A stretch of 64,000 nt of DNA from Eledone cirrhosa (GCA_964016885.1 OZ024763.1:18848001-18912000); one strand, 5' to 3'. Positions 27,940-42,777 are shown, counted from the first letter of the stretch. Program-made: numbers and translations. Notes: generated by a model not told the origin, from the sequence alone.

Positions 27940-29108
27940 TCCGTGATATTCCGTGATGACGTCCCTCATGCCGGACACGTCGCCCGGTTCACCGATAATC
28001 GGTGGAGCCGCGCAGTTGCCGAGTGGTACCCGTGCGAGCGGAAACGACCACTCGGAAGGCCTCCACGAGGGTGGAGTTAGGATTTTAAGAATACGATTGG
28101 GACTACATGGATGAGGAAAGCACGATCCAGAGAGGAATGGATGGCGTGCTGTGACCAGCGGCGCTGAGTGGACGGCGTGTTGTGACCAGTGGAACTGAAT
28201 GGACGGCGTGCTGTGACCAGCGGCGCTGAGTGGAGGGCGTGCTGTGACCAGCGGCGCTGAGTGGACGGCGTGTTGTGACCAGTGGAACTGAATGGACGGC
28301 GTGCTGTGACCAGCGGCGCTGAGTGGACGGCGTGCTGTGACCAGTGGCACTGAGTGGACGGCGTGCAGTGACCAGTGGCACTGAGTGGACGGCGTGCAGT
28401 GACCAGTGACACTGAGTGGACGGCGTGCAGTGACCAGTGGCACTGAGTGGACGGCGTGCAGTGACCAGCGGCACTGAGTGGACGGCGTGCAGTGACCAGC
28501 GGCACTGAGTGGACGGCGTGCAGTGACCAGTGGCACTGAGTGGACGGCGTGCAGTGACCAGTGGTTCTGAATGGACGGCGTGCAGTGACCAGTGGCGCTG
28601 AGTGGACGGCGTGCAGTGACCAGTGGCACTGAGTGGACGGCGTGCAGTGACCAGCGGCGCTGAGTGGACGGCGTGCAGTGACCAGCGGCGCTGAGTGGAC
28701 GGCGTGCAGTGACCAGCGGCGCTGAGTGGACGGCGTGCTGTGACCAGCGGCGCTGAATGGACGGTGTGCTGTGACCAGCGGCGCTGAATGGATGGCGTGC
28801 AGTGACCAGCGGCGCTGAGTGGACGGCGTGCTGTGACCAGCGGCGCTGAATGGACGGTGTGCTGTGACCAGCGGCGCTGAATGGACGGCGTGCAGTGACC
28901 AGTGGCACTGAGTGGACGGCGTGCTGTGACCAGCGGCGCTGAGTGGACGGCGTGCAGTGACCAGTGACACTGAGTGGACGGCGTGCAGTGACCAGCGGCG
29001 CTGAATGGACGGCGTGCAGTGACCAGTGGCGCTGAATGGACGGCGTGCAGTGACCAGTGGCACTGAATGGACGCCCGACAGACTGGTCGGTCAAGGTGAT
29101 CAAGGTGA
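27940..29108 (+). mobile_element. RTE LINE 3' end containing a 31-bp array (~30 copies, 28135-29072)
   Basis: AGHVARFTDNRWSRAVAEWYP..KRPLGRPP..W..AR.REEW; TCAAGGTGA tandem tail; inserted in (TA)n. Confidence 0.85.
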
Positions 29109-29284
29109 TATATATATATATGTATATATATAATATATAAGATCAAAAGATGGTTAAAAGAGTTCCATGTATTTTACTATGCACATATTATGTATACTCC
29201 AGTCCTACAAACTGTAGAGTGCTTCTTATCCGATATCTGCATTGCTTTATTGTACTACAATAAATCTCACCTCCTACATATATG

Positions 29285-29341
<57 letters not shown>

Positions 29342-29445
29342 CAAAAAACATGCATACACACTTCAACAATCTCCTAATAAATATTGCCTGTACAGGTAAT
29401 CAAAGTGTGTATACAATTTTGGTGGACACCCTGTATATATATATG

Positions 29446-29482
<37 letters not shown>

Positions 29483-29497
29483 GTATGTATATATATG

Positions 29498-29532
<35 letters not shown>

Positions 29533-29579
29533 GTATGTATATATATATATATATGTATGTATATATATATATATGTATG

Positions 29580-29612
<33 letters not shown>

Positions 29613-29707
29613 GTATGTATATATATATATATGTATGTATGTATATATATATATATGTATGTATGTATATATATATATATATGTATGTATATATATATAT
29701 ATGTATG

Positions 29708-29742
<35 letters not shown>

Positions 29743-29779
29743 GTATGTATATATATATATATATATAATTTGACATTTG

Positions 29780-31000
29780 TGACAATGATAATGATAAGAA
29801 TCATAATGTTGGTGGTGATGGTGGCAATGGTTGTTGTGATGGTGATGATGATGGTTGTGATGTTGATGGTAGTGATGTTGATAGTAATTGTTGTGATGAT
29901 GGTGGCAGGGATATTGATTGTGATGGTTGTGATAGTGACGATGTTGATGTATATGATGATGATGATGACGATAATGGTGGTGGTGTCGGCGGTGAAGATG
30001 GTAATGGTAAGGATGGTAATGAAGGTGGCTGTATTTGTCATGGATGATGATGATGATGGTGATATTAATGGCACACTCACACACACACACACACACATGT
30101 ACACATACAGATGCACATATACACATACTGTTACCTCATGCTCACACACAAACTCACTCACACTGCCACCCTCACACTCAACACCACCACCACCACCACC
30201 ACCACCACCACTAACAACACCACCACCACCACCACAACCACCACAACACACCACCACCACCAACACCACCACCACCAACACCACCAACACCACCAACACC
30301 ACCACCACCACCAACACCACCACCACAACACACCACCACCACCAACAACAACACCACCACCACCACCACCACCACCAACACCACCACCACAACACACCAC
30401 CACCACCAACAACAACAACACCACAACACACCACCACCACCACCACCACCACCACCACCACCAACACCACCACCACAACACACCACCACCACCAACACCA
30501 CCACCACAACACACCACCACCACCAACACCACCACCACCACCACCACCACCAACACCACCACCACCACCACAACACACCACCACCACCACAAACAACAAC
30601 ACCACCACCACCACCACCACACCACCACCAACACCAACACCACCACCACCACCACCAACACCACCACCACCACCACCAACACCACCACCACACCACCAAC
30701 AACAACACCACCACCACCACACCAACACCAACACCAACACCACCACCACACCACCACCAACACCAACACCACCAACACCACCACCAACACCACCACCACA
30801 CCACCAACAACAACACCACCACCACCACACCAACACCAACAACACCACCACCACCACCACCACCAACACCACCACCACCACCACAACACACCACCACCAC
30901 CACCACACCACCACCACCACCAACACCATCACCACACCACCAACACCACCACCACCACAACACACCACCACCAACACCACCACCACAACACACCATATTC
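29780..31000. repeat. (GAT/GGT)n followed by (CAC/CAA)n trinucleotide arrays
   Basis: Direct inspection. Confidence 0.92.
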
Positions 31001-31550
31001 AATGGCACCAAAGATTCTCCTGTGTTCAGGGCTCACCCATATTTTCAATTGTTTAATTTTGAAAATAAAATAAAATAAAATAAAATAAAATAAAATAAAA
31101 TAAAATAAAAAAAAAATAAAAAAAAAAAAATAATAATAATGACCATGACCCTATTGACTAATATGACCTTTGACCTCTAACATACAGGTTAAATATTCCT
31201 GATTTATTTTGGGAGGGAGTAAAAAAAGCAAAAGACTTAAAACCTAAAAAGCAGCGCCTCCCACGGTGGGAAATAAAATAAATGGACACACATATATTAC
31301 CACAGAGACAGTTCAAGTCTTCTCTCAGTTCTGCAGATATTATTGACAACTGACCAATTATGGTGAGCAAATAAAGAAAATGTGTGTGTATGTATGTATG
31401 TATGTATGTATGTATGTATATATATATATAATATATTTATAGATGTATATATATATAATATATTTATAGATGTATTTATATATAAAATATGTATAATATA
31501 TTTATATGTATATATATTTATATATATATATATGTATATATATTTATATG

Positions 31551-31587
<37 letters not shown>

Positions 31588-31896
31588 TATAATGTTTAAA
31601 TATATATATAATGTTTAAATATATATATATATATAATATATTTATAGATGTATTTATATATAAAATATGTATAATATATTTATATGTATAATATATTTAT
31701 ATATATATATATGTATATATATTTATATGTATATTATATATATATATATATATAAATATATAATGTTTAAATATATATATAATGTTTAAATATATATATA
31801 ATGTTTAAATATATATATATATAATATATTTATAGATGTATTTATATATAAAATATGTATAATATATTTATATGTATAATATATTTATATATATAT

Positions 31897-31944
<48 letters not shown>

Positions 31945-31979
31945 GTATATTATGTATAATATATATATTTATAGATAAA

Positions 31980-32011
<32 letters not shown>

Positions 32012-32709
32012 AAATAAAACAGAAAAAACTGGAGTTTTTTGTGGAGTGGAGTATAGGAGTGGAGGAGGAGGTGGATATTTTTTGTATTGAGAACTGATCA
32101 ATGTTTTTAAATTGATTTCTTTATATTTCTCAATAATCGGTCCAATCAATTATTGAAAATGATACTTTGATGATTGATAAAAACAAAAAAAAAAGCGAAA
32201 AATGACAAAAATGTAATAAAGTGTATTTAATTAGTGAGAGTGTCATTTAATTTATCAACTGATAATGATAATTAATTAATATTATTAAAACAAAAAGATT
32301 TTGAAATGATAATGATAATAATGACACAGTTTTTAAATTTAAAGTAAAGAATTATTTTAAATTGTTTGTGTTTTTATTTATTTTATATGAAATTGTTGTG
32401 TTTTTGTTGTATTTTCTGTTTTACTTTATATTATGTTGTTGTTGTTTTTCTTCTTTGCCTTCTTCTTCTTCTTCTTCTTCTTCTTCTTTGCCTTCTTCTT
32501 CTTTGCCTTCTTTGCCTACTTCTTCTTTGCCTTCTTCTTCTTCTAGGAGTTGTGATTCAGCAATGGAGACCTCTGGCTGATCTAATGACTCACTCCTTCT
32601 CTCTTTCTACACACACACACTCACAATTAAACACATGTGTATACACACACACACACATATATATATATGTATATACACCAACACCCAAACACCCCAACAC
32701 TCTTTTGCC

Positions 32710-34125
32710 AGCAGGAGTTGTGACCAGCAGATAGTATCAGCAATATACAGACCAATGGAGTCATTATTTCCTTGGTCTGATCTGATACCCAGCTTCTTTC
32801 CTATACACCACCCAGACACTTCTGCCAGGAGTTATGACTGGTAGAGATTATCAGCAATGGAGTCATTATTTCCTTGGTCTGATCTGATACCCAGTTTCTT
32901 TCCTATACACCACCCAGACACTTCTGCCAGGAGTTATGACTGGTAGAGATTATCAGCAATGGAGTCATTATTTCCTTGGTCTGCTCTGATACCCAGCTTC
33001 TTTCCTATACACCACCCAGACACTTCTGCCGGGAGTTATGACTGGCAGAGATTATCAGCAATGGAGTCATTAATTCCTTGGTCTGATCTGATACCCAGCT
33101 TCCTTCCTATACACCACCCAGACACTTCTGCCGGGAGTTATGACTGGTAGAGATTATCAGCAATGGAGTCATTAATTCCTTGGTCTGATCTGATACCCAG
33201 CTTCCTTCCTATACACCACCCAGACACTTCTGCCGGGAGTTATGACTGGTAGAGATTATCAGCAATGGAGTCATTATTTCCTTGGTCTGATCTGATACCC
33301 AGCTTCTTTCCTATACACCACCCAGGCACTTCTGCCGGGAGTTATGACTGGCAGAGATTATCAGTAATGGAGTCATTATTTCCTTGGTCTGATCTGATAC
33401 CCAGCTTCTTTCCTATACACCACCCAGACACTTCTGCCGGGAGTTATGACTGGTAGAGATTATCAGCAATGGAGTCATTATTTCCTTGGTCTGATCTGAT
33501 ACCCAGCTTCTTTCCTATACACCACCCAGACACTTCTGCCGGGAGTTATGACTGGCAGAGATTATCAGCAATGGAGTCATTAATTCCTTGGTCTGATCTG
33601 ATACCCAGCTTCCTTCCTATACACCACCCAGACACTTCTGCCGGGAGTTATGACTGGTAGAGATTATCAGCAATGGAGTCATTAATTCCTTGGTCTGATC
33701 TGATACCCAGCTTCTTTCCTATACACCACCCAGGCACTTCTGCCGGGAGTTATGACTGGCAGAGATTATCAGTAATGGAGTCATTATTTCCTTGGTCTGA
33801 TCTGATACCCAGCTTCTTTCCTATACACCACCCAGACACTTCTGCCGGGAGTTATGACTGGTAGAGATTATCAGCAATGGAGTCATTATTTCCTTGGTCC
33901 GATCTGATACCCAGCTTCTTTCCTATACACCACCCAGACACTTCTGCCGGGAGTTATGACTGGCAGAGATTATCAGCAATGGAGTCATTATTTCCTTGGT
34001 CCGATCTGATACCCAGCTTCTTTCCTATACACCACCCAGACACTTCTGCCGGGAGTTATGACTGGTAGAGATTATCAGCAATGGAGTCATTAATTCCTTG
34101 GTCTGATCTGATACCCAGCTTCTTT
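32710..34125. repeat. 102-bp minisatellite, ~14 copies, related to the SINE D 3' end
   Basis: ATGGAGTCATT every 102 bp; similar to 35092-35175 and 51937-52010. Confidence 0.92.
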
Positions 34126-34337
34126 CCTTTCTTCTATCCTCCCTCTTTCCAGCAACAAAACCTAAATTCTGTATATATTTACTTACCAAAATCTTAACAT
34201 TCAGCAAGTTAAAGTGAAGGTCATATTTCTGGGTTGACCAAACCTGTGAGAAGGAGAACTAGTGTTTTCTGTATACTCTCACTCTCACTGTAAAATTAGA
34301 AATGATAAAATAAAAAAAAAACCCATATCAGTTGTCA

Positions 34338-34710
34338 TAGGGGTGTGTGGCCGAGTGGTAAGGGTGGTCATGTCCAGAGGAAAGTCTTGAACTCTATGTC
34401 GTTTAACGCCACAGAAACCGGGATTAAACACCGGCCTGATTAGTCTCTGGGCTCGATATAGACTTTAAACCTGCGAAGGACTGGCGTCCTTTCCAGTGGG
34501 GAGTATTGTACTCTCAGTCGCATAATGCCACAACAATCGGGTATAAGCACTGGTCAGATGAGCCTTTTGGGCTCAATATAGACTTGAACCCTGCGATGGA
34601 CTGGCGTCCCGTCCAGAGGGGGGAGGGGGATCTTGTATTCTTTGTCTCGCATAACGCTACGGAACCTGGGATAACCTGATCTGCCTTCAGGCTCGAGACA
34701 AACTTTAGAC
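34338..34710 (+). mobile_element. SINE family A with triplicated 3' segment
   Basis: GTGGCCGAGTGGTAAG head; three ...CCTGAT..GGCTC..AGACTTT segments. Confidence 0.8.
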
Positions 34711-34981
34711 TTTAATTGTAAATTCAAGTTATCTCCCCTGTTTAAACAATCCACGAAAGATAACTCTGTTTTGCTTGTTTCATTTTGCCATTTGTTTACA
34801 GTGAAAGATTTCCACAGAAAAATTACGAATAAACAACGACGAGGTTTGAATTTCATTTTAAATCGTTTTTTAATGTTTCATACTAATTGTTGTTTATTTT
34901 TCATTTACAACTTGTAGGAAAGTCTATTTTCTCGTTAATAAGTCACGCCATATTGGTTTTTCATTTTAGTGTTATGTTTCA

Positions 34982-35185
34982 GCACGTGGCTTAGTGGTTA
35001 AGAGAATTGGATTCGGAATTGTGAGGCTGCGAGTTCGATTCCCGAACCGGGCGATGAGCAAGATACTTTATTTCACGTTGCTTTTTCTGTCAGGAGTTGC
35101 AGCCAGTAGATAGAAGATGATACCAGTAATTGGAAAGACCAATGGAAACATTGTTTCCCTGCTCCGATTTGACAAGTTCTGCCTT
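34982..35185 (+). mobile_element. tRNA-derived SINE family D (second copy 51812-52025)
   Basis: GTGGCTTAGTGGTT A-box, GAGTTCGATTCC B-box, GGAAAGACCAATGGAAACATTG 3' region. Confidence 0.8.
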
Positions 35186-35226
35186 ACTCGGTATATATAT
35201 ATATGACAAAATGCCAGACCTCATTT

Positions 35227-35536
<310 letters not shown>

Positions 35537-35663
35537 ATATATTTATATATGTGTGTGTATATATATGTGTATATGTATATATATATGTATATGTGTGTGT
35601 ATATATTTATATATGTGTGTGTATATATATGTGTATATGTATATATATATGTATATGTGTGTG

Positions 35664-35696
<33 letters not shown>

Positions 35697-36441
35697 TTAT
35701 ATATACATGTGTATATATATATGTGTGTGTATATATATATATATATGTGTGTATATGTATATATATGTGTATATGTATATATATGTGTATGTATATATGT
35801 GTATATGTATGTGTATATGTATATATATGTATGTGTGTATGTATGTATATGTATATATATATATATGTGTGTATGTATATATATATATATATATGTGTGT
35901 ATGTATATATATATATATATATGTGTGTATGTATGTATATATATGTATGTATGTATATATATATATGTATGTATGTATATATATATATGTATGTATGTAT
36001 ATATATATCTGTATGTATGTATATATATATATGTATGTATATGTAGGAGGTGAGTTTTATTGTAGTACAATAAAGCAATGCAGATATCGGATAGTATGTA
36101 TATATATATATGTATGTATGTATATATATATATGTATGTATGTATATATATATATGTATGTATGTATGTATATATATATATGTGTGTATGTATGTATATG
36201 TATGTATGTATGTATGTATATATATATATGTGTGTATGTATGTATGTATATATATATATGTGTGTATGTATGTATGTATGTATATATATATATATATGTA
36301 TGTATGTATAGGATTACCCAAGATGTAGTACTGGTTAATTACTACACTGGATATGGTTGACGTACGGTGAGAGGTTACTCTACGAGTTACGGAAGAATTG
36401 TTGAAGAAACTTAGTTCCTGATCCTTCTGTATTCCGGAGTG

Positions 36442-36751
36442 TATATAAAGAATGAATAATAACAGGTAGACATCAGAAAAGGTAATTTATTCCGTGTGCT
36501 TACAAATGTTTCCACGGTGGTACTACAGCCTAGTTATGCTATGTGCAAATTTACAAGTATTTGCAGAACTCAAATATCCCAGAATGCTCTGAGGTTACAG
36601 TGGTCACAGCATTGGATATTTGAGTTCTGCAAATACTTGTAAATTTGCACGTAGCATAACTAGGCTGTAGTACCACCGTGGAAACATTTGTAAGCACACG
36701 GAATAAATTACCTTTTCTGATGTCTACCTGTTATTATTCATTCTTTATATA
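36442..36751. mobile_element. Inverted Penelope-like pseudo-LTR pair (138-bp arms, 34-bp spacer) with an extended hammerhead motif
   Basis: Arms 36442-36579 and 36614-36751 with one mismatch; TGCT-CTGAGG(T)...GAAA-CATTTG-TA-AGCA then AATAAA. Confidence 0.7.
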
Positions 36752-36819
36752 TATGTATGTATGTTTGTATATATATATGTATATATATATATATGTATGT
36801 ATATATATATATATGTATG

Positions 36820-36852
<33 letters not shown>

Positions 36853-36929
36853 GTATGTATATATATATGTATGTATGTATGTATGTATATGTATGTATGT
36901 ATGTATGTATATATGTATGTATGTATGTA

Positions 36930-36962
<33 letters not shown>

Positions 36963-37136
36963 ATATGTATGTATGTATGTATATATGTATGTATGTATGT
37001 ATATATATATGTATGTATGTATATGTATGTATGTATATATATATGTATGTATGTATGTATGTATATATATATGTATGTATATATATATGTATGTATATAT
37101 ATATGTATGTATGTATATATATATGTATGTATATAT

Positions 37137-38145
37137 GTTTTCTCTTTCTCTTAATTTCGAGTATATTTTTTTGACCGGCCACCTTCTTGGTGGCAAGGTT
37201 GTAAAAGAAAAGAAATTGTCATCCCTTGAATCACAAGAATGTTTTGCAAATTTTGAAGGTGCCAGCTATCGCAGCCATTTGTAGACTATGAATTAGGGAG
37301 CTGCGCTTTTTGTCCGCAAATCCAAGTTCGGTCATACTTTGGTCCAAGCGGGTTGGTATATAACCCGTAGCACCAATAATGATGGGTATGAAGATAAGGG
37401 TGTATCTTGGATACTGGATTTGTAAACTCCTCATCAATGGTCCGTAGATGTCCTCCTTCTCCTGTATTTTTCTGACAACGTTTACATCAAGTGGGCAGCT
37501 GATCTCCACAACAGAACACGTTTTCAATGTGTGGTCCCAAACTACAATATCAGGCCGGTTGTGCTTTAATTTGGTGGCAGTTTTTATTTTCAGGTTCCAC
37601 CAGTATTCCTTAGTGCCATCTGTCTCAATATATTCTTCCTCGTTTGTTGTTAATTTTGTTTTCCGAAGTGCGTTCCAGATAGTTCTAGCTATCCCATCGT
37701 GTCTCATGGGGAGGTAGTAGCGAGATGACATTCTTTCGCAGCTGGCAACAATGTGGCTTACATCCTCGATCTTTGTTTTACATAGCCTACATTTATTGTC
37801 AGCTGCTGGCCCTCCTCTTTTGTGCAGCAGATATTTGGTAGGGAGTTCTTGTTCCTGTATTGCATAGAGATATCCCTCAAGGTGTGATGTCATAAACTTG
37901 TCGGAACTCCATGCCAGGCTTTTTGAGTGGTTTATCCCCTCTATGGTCTGTGTTTTACGCCTCAAGTATCCATGCACAACTTTCTCTGTAAATTGGTCAA
38001 TTTTTTTTTCTTGTTTGAACATTGAATAGGATCTTCCGATTTCTCTGGGTGAGAGATTTATATCAGGCTTTATTCCATATCTCTCCTCCAGATCAGTCGC
38101 TATTCTAATGATATTTCTTTTTTCATGGTCATAAACCTGGGCAAT
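37137..38145 (-). mobile_element. 5'-truncated R4/Dong-clade LINE (CCHC knuckle + RLE endonuclease)
   Basis: [52 protein letters not shown]; flanked by (TATG)n. Confidence 0.92.
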
Positions 38146-38214
38146 ATGTATGTATATATATATGTATGTATGTATATATATATGTATGTATGTATATATA
38201 TATATGTATGTATG

Positions 38215-38245
<31 letters not shown>

Positions 38246-38426
38246 GTATATATATGTATGTATGTATATATATGTATGTATGTATATATATATATATGTA
38301 TGTATATATATATATATGTATGTATATATATATATATGTATGTATGTATATATATATATGTATGTATATATATATATATATATGTATGTATATATATATG
38401 TATGTATATATATATATATATGTATG

Positions 38427-38496
<70 letters not shown>

Positions 38497-38518
38497 TGTA
38501 TGTATATATATATGTATG

Positions 38519-38558
<40 letters not shown>

Positions 38559-38801
38559 TATATATATGTATGTATATATATCTATGTATGTATATATATA
38601 TATATGTATGTATATATATATATATGTATGTATATATATATATATGTATGTATATATATATGTATGTATATATATATATATGTATGTATGTATATATGTA
38701 TGTATATATATATATATGTATGTATGTATATATATATGTATGTATGTATATATATATATGTATGTATATATATATATGTATATATATATATGTATGTATG
38801 T

Positions 38802-38835
<34 letters not shown>

Positions 38836-38942
38836 GTATATATATATGTATGTATATATATATATGTATGTATATATATATATGTATGTATATATATATG
38901 TATGTATGTATATATATATATGTATGTATATATATATGTATG

Positions 38943-38983
<41 letters not shown>

Positions 38984-39090
38984 GTATGTATATATATATG
39001 TATGCATGTATATATATATATGTATATATGTATGTATGCATATATATATGTATATATATATATATATATGTATGTATGTGTATATGTATG

Positions 39091-39178
<88 letters not shown>

Positions 39179-39210
39179 TATGTATGTATATATATATATA
39201 TATATGTATG

Positions 39211-39241
<31 letters not shown>

Positions 39242-39264
39242 ATATATATATATATGTATGTATG

Positions 39265-39361
<97 letters not shown>

Positions 39362-39382
39362 ATGTATGTATATGTATGTATG

Positions 39383-39417
<35 letters not shown>

Positions 39418-40162
39418 ATGTATGTATGTATATATATGTATATATGTATGTATATATATATATGTATGTATGTATGTATATATATGTATATATGTATGTA
39501 TATATATATATATATGTATGTATGTATATATATGTATGTATATGTATGTATGTATATATATATGTATGTATGTATATATATATGTATGTATGTATATATA
39601 TATATGTATGTATATGTATATATATATATATATGTATGTATATGTATGTATATATATATATGTATGTATATGTATGTATATATATATATGTATGTATATG
39701 TATGTATATATATATGTATGTATGTATATATATATGTATGTATGTATATATATATATATGTATGTATATGTATATATATATATATATGTATGTATATGTA
39801 TGTATATATATATGTATGTATATGTATGTATATGTATGTATATATATATGTATGTATATATATATATGTATATATGTATGTATGTATATATATATATAGT
39901 GTGTGTGTGTGTATGTATATGTGTGTGTGTATATATATATGTATGTGTGTGTATATATATATATATGTATATATGTGTGTGTATGTATGTATGTATGTAT
40001 GTATATATATATATGTGTGTGTATATATAGATATGTATGTATGTATATATATATGTGTGTGTGTATATGTATGTATGTATATATATATATGTGTGTGTAT
40101 ATATATATATGTATGTATGTATATATATATATGTGTGTGTGTATATATATGTATGTATATAT

Positions 40163-40210
<48 letters not shown>

Positions 40211-40222
40211 CTATATATATAT
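38146..40222. repeat. (TA)n/(TATG)n microsatellite (also 36752-37136)
   Basis: Direct inspection. Confidence 0.97.
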
Positions 40223-40980
40223 GTGGAGAGAGATACTGGTAAATAGCTAGATAGTTACACAGAGAAAAACGTTGCAACAACAACAACAAATATATTTATT
40301 GTCTCGAAGATGTTTGTGACACTTATAAGGAACAACAACTACAATATAATAAATATAAACAACAGAAATAACAACATCAATACTACTACTATTACTACTA
40401 CAACTACTACTGCTACCACCACTACTACTGTTACTACGAGTACTACTACCACCACCACTATTACTATTACTACTACCACCATCACCACCACCATCACTAC
40501 TACTACTACCACCACTATCACCATCACCACTACTACTACTACTACTACTACTGTTGTTGCTATTACTACTACTGTTAATACCACAACCACCACCAACACT
40601 ACTACTACTAACAACAACAATAGTAGGAAGTGCTAAGTGAGTAGCCAGACACGATTATCCTTATTTGCCTAGGGTGTGTATGTAGCTTTACACAGACTAA
40701 TTTTTTTCAAAATGGCACTTCAATGGCTGTTCGTCTCTTATAAACAAACGCTGGCTTTGTCTGCCATTTTGTATTACAGAAAAGCTACAAATATTTCGCT
40801 TGTTTTCCAGCTGTTTGTATTATTTGTTTGTCTGTCTTTAATGCTGGGTCTATATTTTGTTTTAGTTAATGTAGTTTGGTAGCTTGACTAGAAAATAACT
40901 GGTTAAAAAATGGACATTAGTAAATAAATATGTCTGACACGAGATTTATTTATTAACACACGCACGCACACATTCACACA

Positions 40981-41069
<89 letters not shown>

Positions 41070-41104
41070 ATGTACAAATATATGTGTGTATAAATATATA
41101 TATA

Positions 41105-41300
41105 TAGGAACAAGTATGACCCTGACGGCAGAGCTCAAGCCGTTTCGACGGCTAATTCTGGGTCCAGAATTATCCGTCGAAAGGGCTTGAGCTCTGCCGT
41201 CGGGGTCATACTTGTTCCTTTTACCCACTCTACTACCCCAAGTATTGAGTACTTTGGTGCGTTATGGTCCATCAGGTTCCTTACCACATTTCCTTCGATA
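41105..41300. mobile_element. Penelope-like pseudo-LTR with ~55-bp inverted 5' duplication
   Basis: AGGAACAAGTATGACC...TAATTCTGG|GT|CCAGAATTA...GGTCATACTTGTTCCT. Confidence 0.65.
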
Positions 41301-41506
41301 TTATATATATATATTTGTGTGTGCGTATGTACTAATATATGTGTGTGTGTATATATATATAATTTGTGTGCATATATGTGTATGTATATACAACTATATA
41401 TGTATATGTATGCACATATATATATATGTGTATGCTCATGGATATGTTTATACATATATTTGTATGTACATATACATGTATATATGTGTATATATATATA
41501 TATATT

Positions 41507-41624
41507 TATTAAAATAACAGACCAAAGTCCAAGCAAAGAATCGCTGCCCTCACCCCCAACGGAATCCTCTGAAACTAACAAAGTCAATCTGTGAACGTAG
41601 AAGTGAATATTTCAAAAAACGTTG

Positions 41625-41626
<2 letters not shown>
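41507..41626 (-). mobile_element. Hypermutated copy of the (TA)n-inserted element seen at 45838, 50416 and 60782
   Basis: 9 T>C differences in 60 nt relative to the other, nearly identical copies. Confidence 0.8.
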
Positions 41627-41677
<51 letters not shown>

Positions 41678-41731
41678 AACAAGTAAGACCCCGACGGCTG
41701 AGCTCAAGCCGTTTCGACGGCTAATTCTGGA

Positions 41732-42314
41732 CTGAACGTCTGCCAGAACGGGGCGATCTGCCTGGACTTGGTCGCCGCCTTCAAGTGCGTCTGCGTCGGC
41801 GGCTGGACGGGCCGCACCTGCGCCGAACGCGACCTCTGCCTCGGAAACGACTGCGGCCCGAACGCGACGTGCGTCGAGCGAGTCCGGGAGGAGAGCTACG
41901 AGTGCGTCTGCTCCCCCGGGTTGGGGGGAAGCCCCATTGCGACGTGCCCATGGTGCCGTGTGTCGTGAACGCCTGCTCAAATAACGGCTCTTGCTACCAG
42001 GAGAAGGACCCTGAGGCCAACAGCCAAGGGCGCTTCACGTGCACCTGCACGGAGGAGTGGACCGGTCCGACCCGTGAGGCACCCATGTCACTCTATCTGC
42101 AATCCACACCTCAACCACCAGATTCCAACTCGGCCGAGATCTTCCTGAGATTGGCCGAGATCTTCCGAGATCTTCCTGAGATTGGAGAAGTAGATTCCAT
42201 AGACGAGGACATTGTCAAAGAGGAACTTCGCTGTCTCTTGTGACACCAGGCCGAGGTGGACAAGAGCCACGTGGAGCTACAGCTGGAAATTAGCAAAGCT
42301 TCTATGGATGATGA
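41732..42314 (+). pseudogene. EGF-repeat membrane protein gene fragment (3 EGF-like repeats + juxtamembrane region), disrupted
   Basis: CQNGAICLDLVAAFKCVCVGGWTGRTC; CGPNATC..YECVCSPG; CSNNGSC..FTCTCTEEWTGPT(R); frameshift in the G run near 41925, Cys>Arg, TGA at 42241; no 5' acceptor. Confidence 0.8.
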
Positions 42315-42777
42315 GTGACTTTTTCATGGTTTCTGTTTTTGTTGTTGTTGTTGTTGTTGTTACTGTTGTTGTTGTTGTTTGTGGTGTGGTGGTGGTGGTT
42401 GTTGTTGTTGTTGTTGTTGTTTGTGGTGTTGTTGTTACTGTTGCTGTTGGTGGTGTTCTTATTGTTTGTGGTGTTGTTGTTGTTGTTTGTGGTGTTGTTG
42501 TTATTGTTGTTGTTGTTGTTGTTGTTGTTGTTTGTGGTGTTGTTGTTACTGTTGTTGTTGGTGGTGTTCTTATTGTTTGTGGTGTGGTTGTTGTGGTTGT
42601 TGTTGTTTGTGGTGTTGTTGTTACTGTTGTTGTTGTTACTGTTGTGGTTGTTTAGTGTTGCGGTGGTGGCGGTGGTTGTTGTTGTTACTGTTCGTGTGGT
42701 GGTGTTCGTGTTGTTGTTTGTGTTGTTGTTTGTGTTGTTGTTGGTGTTACTGTTGTTGTGGTGGTGTAGAAACAGTT

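Noticed and set aside
34434-34580. CTGAT(G/T)AG..GGCTC in the SINE A tail as a hammerhead
   Set aside because: No GAAA or UH cleavage site in register
41732-42243. Functional Notch/Delta/Crumbs gene or horizontally acquired GC-rich DNA
   Set aside because: Only three generic EGF repeats with a frameshift and stop; spliceosomal intron structure; no family-diagnostic domain
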